From Bacteriovoracia bacterium (GTDB lineage: Bacteria; Bdellovibrionota; Bacteriovoracia; Bacteriovoracales; Bacteriovoracaceae): a stretch of DNA of 64,000 bases. Positions 38,442 through 48,341 of this stretch are shown here, in pieces (positions within the stretch are counted from its first letter, which is position 1; each line of letters opens with the position of its first letter). The notes under the pieces are model-generated. The model made no database searches. It was not told the origin of the DNA and saw only the letters and a program-made list of their open reading frames with translations. The position numbers were made by a program, and so were the translations under genes. The stretch spans positions 14,006 to 78,005 of the forward strand of contig JBKHVI010000007.1 of NCBI GenBank assembly GCA_046570105.1, given 5' to 3'.

Positions 38442-40331
38442 CTATCCCTCGATGAGTTTAAAGAATGCCGCTTCACTTAGAACGGGCGTTCCGATTTCAA
38501 GCGCCTTCTTATACTTACTTGAGGAGGGATCGGTATCATTAGTTAATAAATAATCTGTATTTTTCGAGACTGAACCAACGACAATGCCACCGTTCTTCTT
38601 AATTTGTTTTTCGATTTCACCCCGTGGGGCCGAAAGTGTTCCAGTTATGCAAATCTTTTTGCCCTCTAATACGCCACCTTCGATAACTTCAGGCACTAAA
38701 ATTTCAAAATCGAGTTTTATGAGTTCTTTGATGAGTTTTTTCTTTTCTTGGATTGATCGAACTATGTCGGTGGCACTTTTTTCGGCAAAACCATCTATTG
38801 ATGAAAGTGTCGCGACATCCAGTGCCATCAATTTTTCCAAACTATTATGTCCATGAGCGACAATCTTCTCTGCCTTGGTGGTTGAAACACCCTCAACACC
38901 AATGGCCGACATAAAAACAGCTAAATCGATCCGTTTGGTTTTTTGAATATTATCAAATAGTTTCTGCGCCAACTTCTCTTTCACCTTATCGAAGGTAAGA
39001 AGGTCCATCACGGTAATGCGATAAAGATCAGGTATATCTTTAACAAAATCACGATTGATCATTTCTTGAAGACGTTTTTCACTTAAATCTTCAATGTTGG
39101 CCTGTCGTATCCAGTGAAGAATTGATTCTAAGCGCTTGCCTGGACATTCGTCATTGGTACAGAGAAGCCAGATATCCTCTTGTGTTAGCTTGGCTTCGCA
39201 ACTTGGACATTTTTCTGGCAAAGATGCTTTTCCGGGTTTTGATGTTTTAACCGAAAGAAATTTTGGAATGACTTCACCTGATCTAACGATTTCAATTTGA
39301 TCGCCTGACTTCAAAGAGAAATCTTTAACAATCCCCATGTTATGAAGTGTGACGCGGGAGATCTGTGCCCCCGATAGCTCAATGGGCTCAACTTCTGCAA
39401 CAGGTGTAAGGCGACCATTACGGGATACCTGCCAAGTGATGCTATTAATGGTTGTAACCTTACTCTCACCTTGAAACTTAAAAGCAAGTTTATAGCGAGG
39501 ATGATGGCTCGTCTCACCCAGCTCCTCGTGCAACTTTTGATCATCCAAAACAAAGACTAGCCCATCAATGAGATAATCTCCTTCAGACATAAATATCTTA
39601 GCTTCTTCGATTCTTTTCTTTAGTGAGGTTGAACTTGAGTGTAATTGCCACTCAGGTACATCAAATCCAAGTGAAGATAAATCTTTGAGTTTGTCCGACT
39701 CCGTTTGATGATTAGCTCCAATTGAATCAAAGGCTTGAAAGCTGAGGTGCTTGGCAAAGGTAATGTGTTCTTTCCGACCCAATAATCCCGCCACGATATT
39801 TCTCTGAGAAGTCGGTCGCTCGAGATTTTGTCTTTCCATTTCACCAGCGATTGCATGAAAAGCATTCGCACGACAGAAGATCTCTCCACGAATTTCAAGA
39901 TCAACTGCTTTGGATAATTTTTTAGGTATATCAGAAATATAGGCAACCTTGCGTGTGATATTCTCACCCTGGCTACCATCTCCACGAGTTTTGGCCATAA
40001 TCAATCGGCCCTTCTCATAGACTAGTGAGCAGCTTGAGCCATCTATCTTGAAAACACTCACCAATTTACCCTGTTCAAGAAATTTTACTAAATCCTCTTC
40101 AAGATAGGTTTTTTCTAGAGAGAGCATTTTTTTTTGATGAGACACTTTTTCGGAACTACTATCAACAGGACTTCCTATCAGTTCTAGAACCGTATTTTTT
40201 GGATCAATCTTTTTGAGCTCAGCTTCTAACGCATCATAGGCCTCGTCAGATATTTCTGCATGCCCCTGATAGTAGAGTGATTTGTGATGAGTAATTAGTT
40301 TTTCGAGTTCTCTTATGCGCTTGTCACTCAT
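38442..40331 (-). CDS. ligA: NAD-dependent DNA ligase
   Basis: YY...ISD..YD, KIDG, TRGDG, EIRGE, DGLV, zinc finger, HhH and BRCT regions. Confidence 0.93.
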   Translation of the reverse strand: MSDKRIRELEKLITHHKSLYYQGHAEISDEAYDALEAELKKIDPKNTVLELIGSPVDSSSEKVSHQKKMLSLEKTYLEEDLVKFLEQGKLVSVFKIDGSSCSLVYEKGRLIMAKTRGDGSQGENITRKVAYISDIPKKLSKAVDLEIRGEIFCRANAFHAIAGEMERQNLERPTSQRNIVAGLLGRKEHITFAKHLSFQAFDSIGANHQTESDKLKDLSSLGFDVPEWQLHSSSTSLKKRIEEAKIFMSEGDYLIDGLVFVLDDQKLHEELGETSHHPRYKLAFKFQGESKVTTINSITWQVSRNGRLTPVAEVEPIELSGAQISRVTLHNMGIVKDFSLKSGDQIEIVRSGEVIPKFLSVKTSKPGKASLPEKCPSCEAKLTQEDIWLLCTNDECPGKRLESILHWIRQANIEDLSEKRLQEMINRDFVKDIPDLYRITVMDLLTFDKVKEKLAQKLFDNIQKTKRIDLAVFMSAIGVEGVSTTKAEKIVAHGHNSLEKLMALDVATLSSIDGFAEKSATDIVRSIQEKKKLIKELIKLDFEILVPEVIEGGVLEGKKICITGTLSAPRGEIEKQIKKNGGIVVGSVSKNTDYLLTNDTDPSSSKYKKALEIGTPVLSEAAFFKLIEG

Positions 40332-41674
40332 ATCTTGTGTCGCTGGTTGTAGTTATCAAGCGCCGCTTTCACTCGGGGCGCCACCACAACCGTAGCAACA
40401 ATATTGGGAATCGTCATGAGCGCATAGGCTATATCAATGAGGTTCACTACGTTTTCCGCTGCTAGAACAGATCCAACTAATATCGTACCAACATACCAAA
40501 GCTGAAAACTATTCTGCCTAAAAAATGCCCTACCGCGAAAGATATAATCCCAGCACTTCTGATTATAATTCGCCATGCCAAGCATCGTTGAATAGGCAAA
40601 GAGGAGAATGCTAATTCCTAAAAAGTGTTTTCCCCATACTCCTAAATTCATTTCAAATGCGAGTGTTGTAAGTTCAATACCGGATAATTTTGGAATATCG
40701 GTGCCCACAAAATTAACGAGAATTACGAGTGCGGTGAGTGTGCAGATAACAAGTGTGTCTAATAGTGGCCCCAACATTGCCACATAGCCTTCTGCTACAG
40801 GCTCAGGGCTACTCGAATTTGAATGAGCCATCGGCGCAGTCCCAAGTCCTGCTTCATTAGAAAAAGTCGCGCGCTTAATTCCTGTCACCATAATGTGAAT
40901 AAGGCCGTAAGAAAGTGTTCCATATAGAGCTGATTTGGCAGTGAAGGCGTGAGTGAATATATCAATTAACAACGTTGGGATTATTTGGATGTGCATTGAA
41001 AGAATAATCAAACAAACACTCACATAAACAACGCTCATAAAGGGTACGATGGCAGAACAAACGTTAGAGAGTCTCTTGAGTCCTCCACGCAGAACCCACA
41101 GCGTAATGATTGAAAAGAACACACCCGAGTACCAATTTGGAATATTATAACTTTTTGCCCCGAAGCTACTTAGTTGATTAATCTGAAACATCGATAATGT
41201 TCCGATCATTCCACAGCCCGCAAATAACATCGCAAGAAACGACCATTTCTTGTGTAGAACTTGAGGAATCGTGTACATGGCGCCACCTTGCCAGTGTCCG
41301 CGATAATCACGTGCGCGATAAATGAGCGCCGCTGTACATTCAAAGAATTTTGTATTCATTCCGATAATCGCTGCAATCCACATCCAAAGAATAACCCCAG
41401 GGCCACCCTGCGCGATTGCAATCGCCACACCAGAAATATTTCCGAGCCCTACAGTGGCAGCGATTGCATTGCAAAATGTTTGAAAATGAGGGATTTGACC
41501 ATCTTCGACTTTTTCATCTTTGTGGCGCAGAAGTTTCGCGGCGTGGAGAATTCCCTTCAGCGGTAAGAAGCGAGACAACCATAAAAGATAAAAATTTGCA
41601 GAGAATAGAAAAATGACTAGCGGTAACCCCCAAACAAAATCGACAATTTGCTGGAGAATTACCGTGATAGTCAT
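40328..41674 (-). CDS. Alanine/glycine:cation symporter (AGCS family)
   Basis: AATVGLGNISGVA, GGPG, FSNEAGLG, DTLVICTLT. Confidence 0.93.
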   Translation of the reverse strand: MTITVILQQIVDFVWGLPLVIFLFSANFYLLWLSRFLPLKGILHAAKLLRHKDEKVEDGQIPHFQTFCNAIAATVGLGNISGVAIAIAQGGPGVILWMWIAAIIGMNTKFFECTAALIYRARDYRGHWQGGAMYTIPQVLHKKWSFLAMLFAGCGMIGTLSMFQINQLSSFGAKSYNIPNWYSGVFFSIITLWVLRGGLKRLSNVCSAIVPFMSVVYVSVCLIILSMHIQIIPTLLIDIFTHAFTAKSALYGTLSYGLIHIMVTGIKRATFSNEAGLGTAPMAHSNSSSPEPVAEGYVAMLGPLLDTLVICTLTALVILVNFVGTDIPKLSGIELTTLAFEMNLGVWGKHFLGISILLFAYSTMLGMANYNQKCWDYIFRGRAFFRQNSFQLWYVGTILVGSVLAAENVVNLIDIAYALMTIPNIVATVVVAPRVKAALDNYNQRHKI

Positions 41675-41675
41675 A

Positions 41676-43142
41676 TTAGAAATTTATACTCGCGCCGGCC
41701 TTGAGCGCTGTATCCGTTGCTGACACTGATCGTACATCACCCTTGAATGTCGCCTTGGTGCTCGACATCTCAAGCATTCCATCTAGCGTGATTGATGGAC
41801 TATACTGATACTTCACGCCCAATTCCATCTGCAACCATGATGAACTTTTTGCACTTCCATAAACCGAGTCTTCATCATTAAATTCTGGGAAAGGCATGAA
41901 TTCGGCACGCAGAACTCCGCGATACTCACGACCAACCGGGAAGTTTGTTCCAACGCCAAGGTAGAAACCAGAATATCCAAACTCACCAAAACCATCAGCT
42001 TCACTGACATCCGCTTTATAGGTGCTCGTTGAATAACCACCATAGAGGTCTACTTGTGGGCCATAGAAAAAGCCCAGGGGAAGATATTTATATCCTCCCC
42101 CGATTTTAAATGTTCCGCGCTGATAATCAACTTTACTGCTATCAAGGTCGCCGGAGGTTTTCTTAAGTGTTCCAAGCGAACGATCAATTTCGAATAAGCC
42201 GAACCAATTTCTTGTTACCCACGCCTCTGCACGGCCCTCGAATCCAAGCATATAGCCACCGACTCTTTTTGAACCACCAGCTGATGCATTGAGTGACGAT
42301 GAGCTTGCTACTAAATAGAATGATGCAATCCCTAGTTTTCCAAAGGCTTCTTTGTTGTCGACAGGATAACGAAGTTCGTCGAGCGTTTTGTCGTCTTTTA
42401 ATTTTTCCAAGCGAACCCAGTCGCCCACTTGAAGCTTCACGTCTGATTTATAAACTTTCACGACTCCCAAGGCTTGGTTATCCGAGATACTGAAAACCTT
42501 GCCGGTCGCCATAACGCGTGCATCCCACTCTACAACTTTTTTTAGAAGTGGATGTTTTTTGATCCCCTTGAGTCTTTTAGCGGTAAACTCTTGACCTATT
42601 TTGATTGTATAGCCTTTGCCAATATCAAGTGTGATCTGATCACCAAGGATGCCGGTGATTCTCCCGTCATAGGGTATGATTTTACCGAATATCTCAAGCC
42701 AATTTCTAATTGTTTGTGCGGCGACTTCAAGATCATCATTGTTCAAAACTGATCGTTCCGAGAAAAGAATATCGTCGCCATTTGCACCCACGACATCGAG
42801 TTGCACTTCCAGGCTTGAGATTTCTTTTACAAGATTAATGCGAATTATTGAGCCGGCCTTTAATTTATCGGCAACAACGCGAACTACCTCAGGTGTCTTG
42901 AGATGTTGATGCAAGTTTTCTCGGTAACGACTAAAAATCCCAAGCAAATCCGAGTTTGATTGATACTGACACCATGTTGTTTCTTTTAAGTATGTTTCTA
43001 GTTCTGCAAAAACTTTTGTCCCAAGTGCGCCATTTAAGCCATCGGAAATCGGCAACAGTACACATCGACGCATAGAATAGGCATCCTGGGCGATTGCGAA
43101 CCCAGACATCAGTAATAAAACAATCAAAAGAATGCTTTTCAC
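41676..43142 (-). CDS. Outer-membrane protein: CsgG/TolB-N-like + FlgT-C-like + beta-barrel
   Basis: Signal peptide; VLLPI..alpha/beta domain; GRITGILGDQITLDIG...GKVFSI...LQVGDWV; terminal AGASINF. Confidence 0.6.
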   Translation of the reverse strand: MKSILLIVLLLMSGFAIAQDAYSMRRCVLLPISDGLNGALGTKVFAELETYLKETTWCQYQSNSDLLGIFSRYRENLHQHLKTPEVVRVVADKLKAGSIIRINLVKEISSLEVQLDVVGANGDDILFSERSVLNNDDLEVAAQTIRNWLEIFGKIIPYDGRITGILGDQITLDIGKGYTIKIGQEFTAKRLKGIKKHPLLKKVVEWDARVMATGKVFSISDNQALGVVKVYKSDVKLQVGDWVRLEKLKDDKTLDELRYPVDNKEAFGKLGIASFYLVASSSSLNASAGGSKRVGGYMLGFEGRAEAWVTRNWFGLFEIDRSLGTLKKTSGDLDSSKVDYQRGTFKIGGGYKYLPLGFFYGPQVDLYGGYSTSTYKADVSEADGFGEFGYSGFYLGVGTNFPVGREYRGVLRAEFMPFPEFNDEDSVYGSAKSSSWLQMELGVKYQYSPSITLDGMLEMSSTKATFKGDVRSVSATDTALKAGASINF

Positions 43143-43456
43143 GCGTGAACATCTCCTGCAGAGGTGGGATCGCCTTCATAAAGACGGATAAGCATTTTGG
43201 CTTCAGCAAGCTCTTCACCTAACCGTCTGTTCTCGAGTTTTAAACGTTGAAGTTCAAATTTGAGGCTTACTAATTCACTTTCTTTTTTGAGATCAATATC
43301 GCTCGTGGCCGCTGGGGTCCAGATGAGATATTTTCCTTCAACTTCTTTCCATTTGACTAAATTTGCTTTGATATGACGCCGAATAGTCGATATCGACACT
43401 TTTTTGTAGTGTGAGTAGTCAAGAATGGATAACCAGGTCCCTTCCGTGTTGGCCAT
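43139..43456 (-). CDS. Small HTH (MerR/Xis-like) plus coiled-coil protein
   Basis: WLSILDYS..KKVSISTIRRHIK...GKYLI then a heptad tail; GGAGG SD. Confidence 0.65.
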   Translation of the reverse strand: MANTEGTWLSILDYSHYKKVSISTIRRHIKANLVKWKEVEGKYLIWTPAATSDIDLKKESELVSLKFELQRLKLENRRLGEELAEAKMLIRLYEGDPTSAGDVHA

Positions 43457-43516
43457 GCGTCCTCCGTTTTTCTATACTTCATATTAGAGAAGACCACTGA
43501 GGGTGTAAATTTTAGA

Positions 43517-44704
43517 ATGAAAGCTCTTAACTTAGACGAATTTAAAAACAAGAAAATCGCCCTCGTATTGTCAGGGGGTGTGGTTAAAGCCGCTGCTTGG
43601 CACTTAGGTGTGGCGCATGCCCTTGAAGAATTGGGTTTTCACTTAAAAAGCAACAAAAACACTCGGGAATCTGAGCTTAAAACTCACTCATTAGAGATTG
43701 GAACCTACGTCGGTTCGTCGGCAGGTGCCATGACCTGTGTTTTTCTAGCGACCGGCTTCACCCCTCAGGACGTTATTCAATCAACGCTAGGTTATAAAAA
43801 CTCGCGCCTGAAGCCTATCAGCTATCGTGATATGTTTCACGTCGGTCGCCACAAGATAAAGCCCACAAAAAGTGAATACTGGCACCCATTTGAAGAGTTT
43901 CCCGTCCTATTCAGGAATTTGGTTAAGCCTTTTGTCGGATTTTCAGGTTTTTTTACCACTGAAGGCGTACGCCAATATCTTTTAAAAAATGTTTTGGAAG
44001 TTGATAACTTCGAAGACTTCGCCGCTGATCTATTTATTGTAGCGACGCAACTCGATCACTCGCGCAAAGTTATTTTCTCACGCTACAACTATCCCAACCC
44101 GAGCCACGATACGACTTCTCAGTATTACACGGGTACACCCGTTTCAATTGCAGCGGCAGCCAGTATGTCAGTTCCGCCCTTCTTCGTGCCCTACCCCGTA
44201 AAGAACAATCTGAATGGTCAAATTGACTATTATATCGATGGTGAAATCCGCGAAACACTCTCAACTCACGTTGCAGAGGATAATGGCTGTGAGGTTATTA
44301 TTAGCTCGTGGACACACACCCCTTATCATTACCATGATGAAATTGGCAGTCTTGTTAACTATGGTCTTCCCTCTATCGCGATTCAATCAATCTACTTGAT
44401 GATCCAAAAAAAGATCGTCACCCATAGGGCCGAGCGCGCCAAAGCCATTGATATTCTCGACACTGTTAATGCCTGGATGAAGGCTGAAAAGTTGCCAGAA
44501 TCACAGCGAAGAAACTTAATGGCGATTCTACAACGAAAATTAAACGTTAATCCTAAGGTTCGTTTTATTGATATTGCTCCCGACCACAATGATTACAAAT
44601 TATTTTTTGGGAATCACTTTACCCTAAGCCCCAAGTCGGCTGGCCACGCAGTTGAAGCGGGTTATAAAAAGACCATGCAAGTCTTGAGTCAGCTGGAAAA
44701 ATAA
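43517..44704 (+). CDS. Patatin-like phospholipase
   Basis: LSGGVVKA, GSSAG nucleophile elbow, ASMSVP, YIDGE. Confidence 0.88.
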   Translation: MKALNLDEFKNKKIALVLSGGVVKAAAWHLGVAHALEELGFHLKSNKNTRESELKTHSLEIGTYVGSSAGAMTCVFLATGFTPQDVIQSTLGYKNSRLKPISYRDMFHVGRHKIKPTKSEYWHPFEEFPVLFRNLVKPFVGFSGFFTTEGVRQYLLKNVLEVDNFEDFAADLFIVATQLDHSRKVIFSRYNYPNPSHDTTSQYYTGTPVSIAAAASMSVPPFFVPYPVKNNLNGQIDYYIDGEIRETLSTHVAEDNGCEVIISSWTHTPYHYHDEIGSLVNYGLPSIAIQSIYLMIQKKIVTHRAERAKAIDILDTVNAWMKAEKLPESQRRNLMAILQRKLNVNPKVRFIDIAPDHNDYKLFFGNHFTLSPKSAGHAVEAGYKKTMQVLSQLEK

Positions 44705-46053
44705 TGCGCTATCTTTTTCTGTTTGCTCTCGCCATTATGTTGCCCCTGCAGGGCACAGATATTAGCTATCTTTCTGATGACCTCGCCGTCGCAACGCAAG
44801 CCGGTGGGGCCGGGATCGTTGAGGCCCGTGCACTTCTTGATCAAAAAACAACTGACGATATTCTTGCTGATCATAAAAATATAATTCCAACCGATTTCCA
44901 CATTTCTCCCTACTTCTCTCCGTTCGTAATTTTTTGGTTTGGTATTTATACACGCTATAGTTCTGACCACATCGTGATTCATGATCGCGATAATTTATCT
45001 ATTATTTATGCCGTACTCGACTTTTCACAAATTGAGCAGCAACTCAACCGAAATGCTCGCTCGGCGGTTGTACAAAAAATTTCACGCGAAAAGGCGAATG
45101 AAATAGCTGCTGTTCTGAGGATGCTTGCTAGGGGCCAGACAGATTCTAGGCTCTCATTGTCTGTGCTTAAAATTCTGCAAAAACATACGGGCGCACTTCC
45201 CACTGACTCTATTGAGCGTGGGAAAATATTGAATATTAGGGCCAACAATATTCGCACCCAGACCGGACAACGTGATTTGATTGAAAAGGGTGTTATGCGA
45301 ATGCTCCCTTATCAACATTTTTTTGATGAAACCTTTGCACGCTTTAATCTCCCCAAGCAGCTAATTGCTATTCCCTTTCTTGAATCTAGCTTTAATACCG
45401 AGGCCCACTCAAGAGTTGGTGCGCTTGGAATTTGGCAATTCATGCCCTTAATCGCTTCTTATTTTGTTCCGAAACGTACACCCACACTTGATTACCGTAA
45501 TAATCCCTTCATCTCATCAATCGCGGCGATGCATTTGCTGCGTGAAAATAAAATGATTCTTAAATCTTGGGATATGGCAGTCACAGCTTATAATTCAGGC
45601 ACCAAGCATCTTCTCCTTGCTCGTAAGCAGCACGGCGCTACCCAGCTTGAGGATGTCTTCACGAAGTACCAGAACTCACACCTAGGATTTGCTTCCAAAA
45701 ACTTTTATGCTGAATTCTTGGCACTGGTACACACCCTTACTTATGTAACTGATGTTTTTCCCAGCGCTCGTGCCGAACAAGAGGTAGAAACACCTCTGTT
45801 TGCCGTTTCTAAATGTTCATTTAAGCCTGTTGATCTTATAAAGAAGTACAAATTAAACGAAACGCTTTTTCGTGAGCTTAATCCCCACATTGAGTCGTTT
45901 AAGGGAATACTCCCAAAGGGAACAATTCTTGTTCACAACGGTTTTCTCCCCGCTAAAGTCTTTCGTTACGTAAGTGATAAAGAAACAGTCAAATACCGTC
46001 CCATTCACTGGTCAAAAGACTTAGTGAAGAATCAGAGTTGCTCGACAAGATAA
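44704..46053 (+). CDS. Lytic transglycosylase (MltD-like)
   Basis: IPFLESSFN, ALGIWQFMP, AVTAYNSG, degenerate LysM-like tail. Confidence 0.85.
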   Translation: MRYLFLFALAIMLPLQGTDISYLSDDLAVATQAGGAGIVEARALLDQKTTDDILADHKNIIPTDFHISPYFSPFVIFWFGIYTRYSSDHIVIHDRDNLSIIYAVLDFSQIEQQLNRNARSAVVQKISREKANEIAAVLRMLARGQTDSRLSLSVLKILQKHTGALPTDSIERGKILNIRANNIRTQTGQRDLIEKGVMRMLPYQHFFDETFARFNLPKQLIAIPFLESSFNTEAHSRVGALGIWQFMPLIASYFVPKRTPTLDYRNNPFISSIAAMHLLRENKMILKSWDMAVTAYNSGTKHLLLARKQHGATQLEDVFTKYQNSHLGFASKNFYAEFLALVHTLTYVTDVFPSARAEQEVETPLFAVSKCSFKPVDLIKKYKLNETLFRELNPHIESFKGILPKGTILVHNGFLPAKVFRYVSDKETVKYRPIHWSKDLVKNQSCSTR

Positions 46054-48092
46054 GTATTAGGTGAGCAGAAGCTGGCAAAATTGCGCTTACTGCCATCTTG
46101 ATACTCGAGGCGGATATTGATCTTGGCATTGGCAGATGTTTCTTCGCCACCTTGGTTTTCAGACATAATAAAGAGGCGACGCGAGTTTTCGCCTAGCGAC
46201 TCATAAAATTGACCGTCTTCATCCAGCGCTAATCCATAACTCACATGCGCTTGAGCATGTGACTCCGCTAAAACTTCATACTTCTTCACTGGTCCATCAA
46301 GATTCACTTGAATGAGGCAAGCCGACGCGTGGCCTTCAAGGTTGAACTTCTTGATTACTTCACGGATTAAACTTTCTGATGGAACTTCAGCCGAACCCGA
46401 CTTATCCACACCCAAGAAGATTTCCTCATTCTGGTGTGTGAGTGTTAAGTAGTGACGTGATCCCAACAAGAGCGGAGGTGCTTTTAGGCGATATGTGTTT
46501 GTGGATAACTTCTCCGCTTTTACACCACTGAAAGTAAACTCAAGTTGTTCGCCGGAGATAGAAAGTTCTTTCTTTGCACGGCTAAGGACATCTTCTTCAA
46601 ATAGACTTATAGAAAGATCTCCACGTGACCCGTAGAGGTTTGGATCGAATGTCACTTCTTCCTCATGGATGTGCACAATTCTCTGAGACTTTTTCCCATC
46701 TCCACGCAAGTAAGTCACAAGACGGTTACCTGCTTCCACACCAGCAAACAAAACATAGCGGTAATCAGAATCTTTCGTGACTTTAAAATCAGATGTGAAG
46801 AAAGTTTGCACATTCTTTAATCCATCCACATGAACTGATTCCGTTTCATCGTCTAATTCCACCAACAAGTAACCTAATGGAAGTTGCTTAGGTGCACGCG
46901 CATACTGACTGAGGAAATCTTTTTCAAATGCGGGGATTTCTAATTCCACTTTTCCACGAACTACAGGAATGTCTGTGTGAGTAGGAACATGATCACGCTG
47001 AAGAAGAACAAAACTTCTTGATCCATTCTCTGTAGCAATTGTTTCTCTAATCTCGACAACACCTTCACCGCGATCTTGTAATGTTTGTGCGGCATCATCC
47101 TGTGCGCGCAATTCAAACTGACGAAGTTTAGTGAGAGTATTCGCGACTGATAAACCGGCCACAACAGTGACTGCATCGTGAGTACTCACGAGAGCACTTG
47201 TTTCAGACTTCTTGTGAGTATTCACTTGAGGCTGAGTAGTCACGTGAGCAATCGATGGAGAATTTTTCTTGGCTTCTTTTAGTGTTGGGATTTTTGCAAC
47301 CACTGGTGCGGGCATCGCATAGTTATAGGCAACCAAATCTTCTAGTTCTTCTTTTTCAGATTGAGTAGTCACTTCAGGTGCCACTGGCTTAATCATTTCT
47401 TTTGGTGGTGAGTACTCATCGACCACCGGAGCTGGGGCAGCAGCGACCACTGCAGCTGGTACTTCATCTTTAGAATTTTCGTATTCAAAGAATTCTGGTT
47501 CAGCATCAACCTCAGCGGCTTTTGCTTGAACAACCTTTACTTCATCAACCACCGGAACAACTGGTGCAATTGGCGCTGCTTTAATTTCTTCTGCCACCAT
47601 TGTTTCTGTAGGCATTTCCACATTATCAAGTAGTGCTACTAGACTTGTGCTCATAAGATCTTGAGCCTCAACCTTCGCAACAATAAATTCATCTTTAATA
47701 GGAAGTTCAACTGCACCCTGAATTTCGCGCCATTCAGACTCATCGTTGATCTGGTGATTAGCCGGTGAGAAGACTTCTTCTATGATGTTGATCTCTTTAT
47801 CGACACTCTTAAATTTCACTGTTGGATAACGTTGAGACTTAGGTACAGCCGCTAGACGGCGAACTTGTAATTCGTTTGAATAGTCTGGCAGTTGGTAGCC
47901 ATCATAACTACTAACTACAGTTGACTCGACTGATGCTTGTTCAACTGAAGCCGTGTAGAGTGCAGGCTTCAGTGGCCATTCCACAATTCCACGCTCTGAA
48001 GATAGTGAGTGAATGCGCGCGCCGACAGCTACTACTGCAAGTAGCAACATAAGCGAAAAGGTGGTCAACATCCGTGTGACTAATAAGCGCAT
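46032..48092 (-). CDS. Large exported or anchored hypothetical protein with acidic Pro/Val/Ala-rich linker and beta-rich C-terminus
   Basis: 686-aa ORF, N-terminal hydrophobic segment. Confidence 0.75.
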   Translation of the reverse strand: MRLLVTRMLTTFSLMLLLAVVAVGARIHSLSSERGIVEWPLKPALYTASVEQASVESTVVSSYDGYQLPDYSNELQVRRLAAVPKSQRYPTVKFKSVDKEINIIEEVFSPANHQINDESEWREIQGAVELPIKDEFIVAKVEAQDLMSTSLVALLDNVEMPTETMVAEEIKAAPIAPVVPVVDEVKVVQAKAAEVDAEPEFFEYENSKDEVPAAVVAAAPAPVVDEYSPPKEMIKPVAPEVTTQSEKEELEDLVAYNYAMPAPVVAKIPTLKEAKKNSPSIAHVTTQPQVNTHKKSETSALVSTHDAVTVVAGLSVANTLTKLRQFELRAQDDAAQTLQDRGEGVVEIRETIATENGSRSFVLLQRDHVPTHTDIPVVRGKVELEIPAFEKDFLSQYARAPKQLPLGYLLVELDDETESVHVDGLKNVQTFFTSDFKVTKDSDYRYVLFAGVEAGNRLVTYLRGDGKKSQRIVHIHEEEVTFDPNLYGSRGDLSISLFEEDVLSRAKKELSISGEQLEFTFSGVKAEKLSTNTYRLKAPPLLLGSRHYLTLTHQNEEIFLGVDKSGSAEVPSESLIREVIKKFNLEGHASACLIQVNLDGPVKKYEVLAESHAQAHVSYGLALDEDGQFYESLGENSRRLFIMSENQGGEETSANAKINIRLEYQDGSKRNFASFCSPNTYLVEQL

Positions 48093-48221
48093 CGTTTAAT
48101 TATTTTACGCCTGAAGCCTAAGCGAAGGAATGCAGGCAAGCTCAAAAGCTTCTGATTTTAGGTACTCAACAAACTATTTTGGCTAGTCACGACAATGACT
48201 ACTCACTAAGCGTTGTTGGTC

Positions 48222-48249
48222 CTATCGGGGCAAATTATTTGATTTTTGA
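48222..48249 (-). promoter_or_regulatory. Candidate sigma28 (FliA) promoter
   Basis: Minus strand TCAAA-N15-CCCGATAG, about 130 nt upstream of ATG 48092. Confidence 0.4.
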
Positions 48250-48310
48250 ATTTAACGTCGACTTCGGCTCCTGCCTCTCGTCGACATACCGGTCATCGTG
48301 ACCATAAAGA

Positions 48311-48332
48311 AGGGGCAGCCGAAGCTGCCCCT
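48311..48332 (-). terminator. atp operon terminator
   Basis: AGGGGCAGC-TTCG-GCTGCCCCT followed by TCTTT. Confidence 0.8.
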
Positions 48333-48341
48333 GTAGGACCA

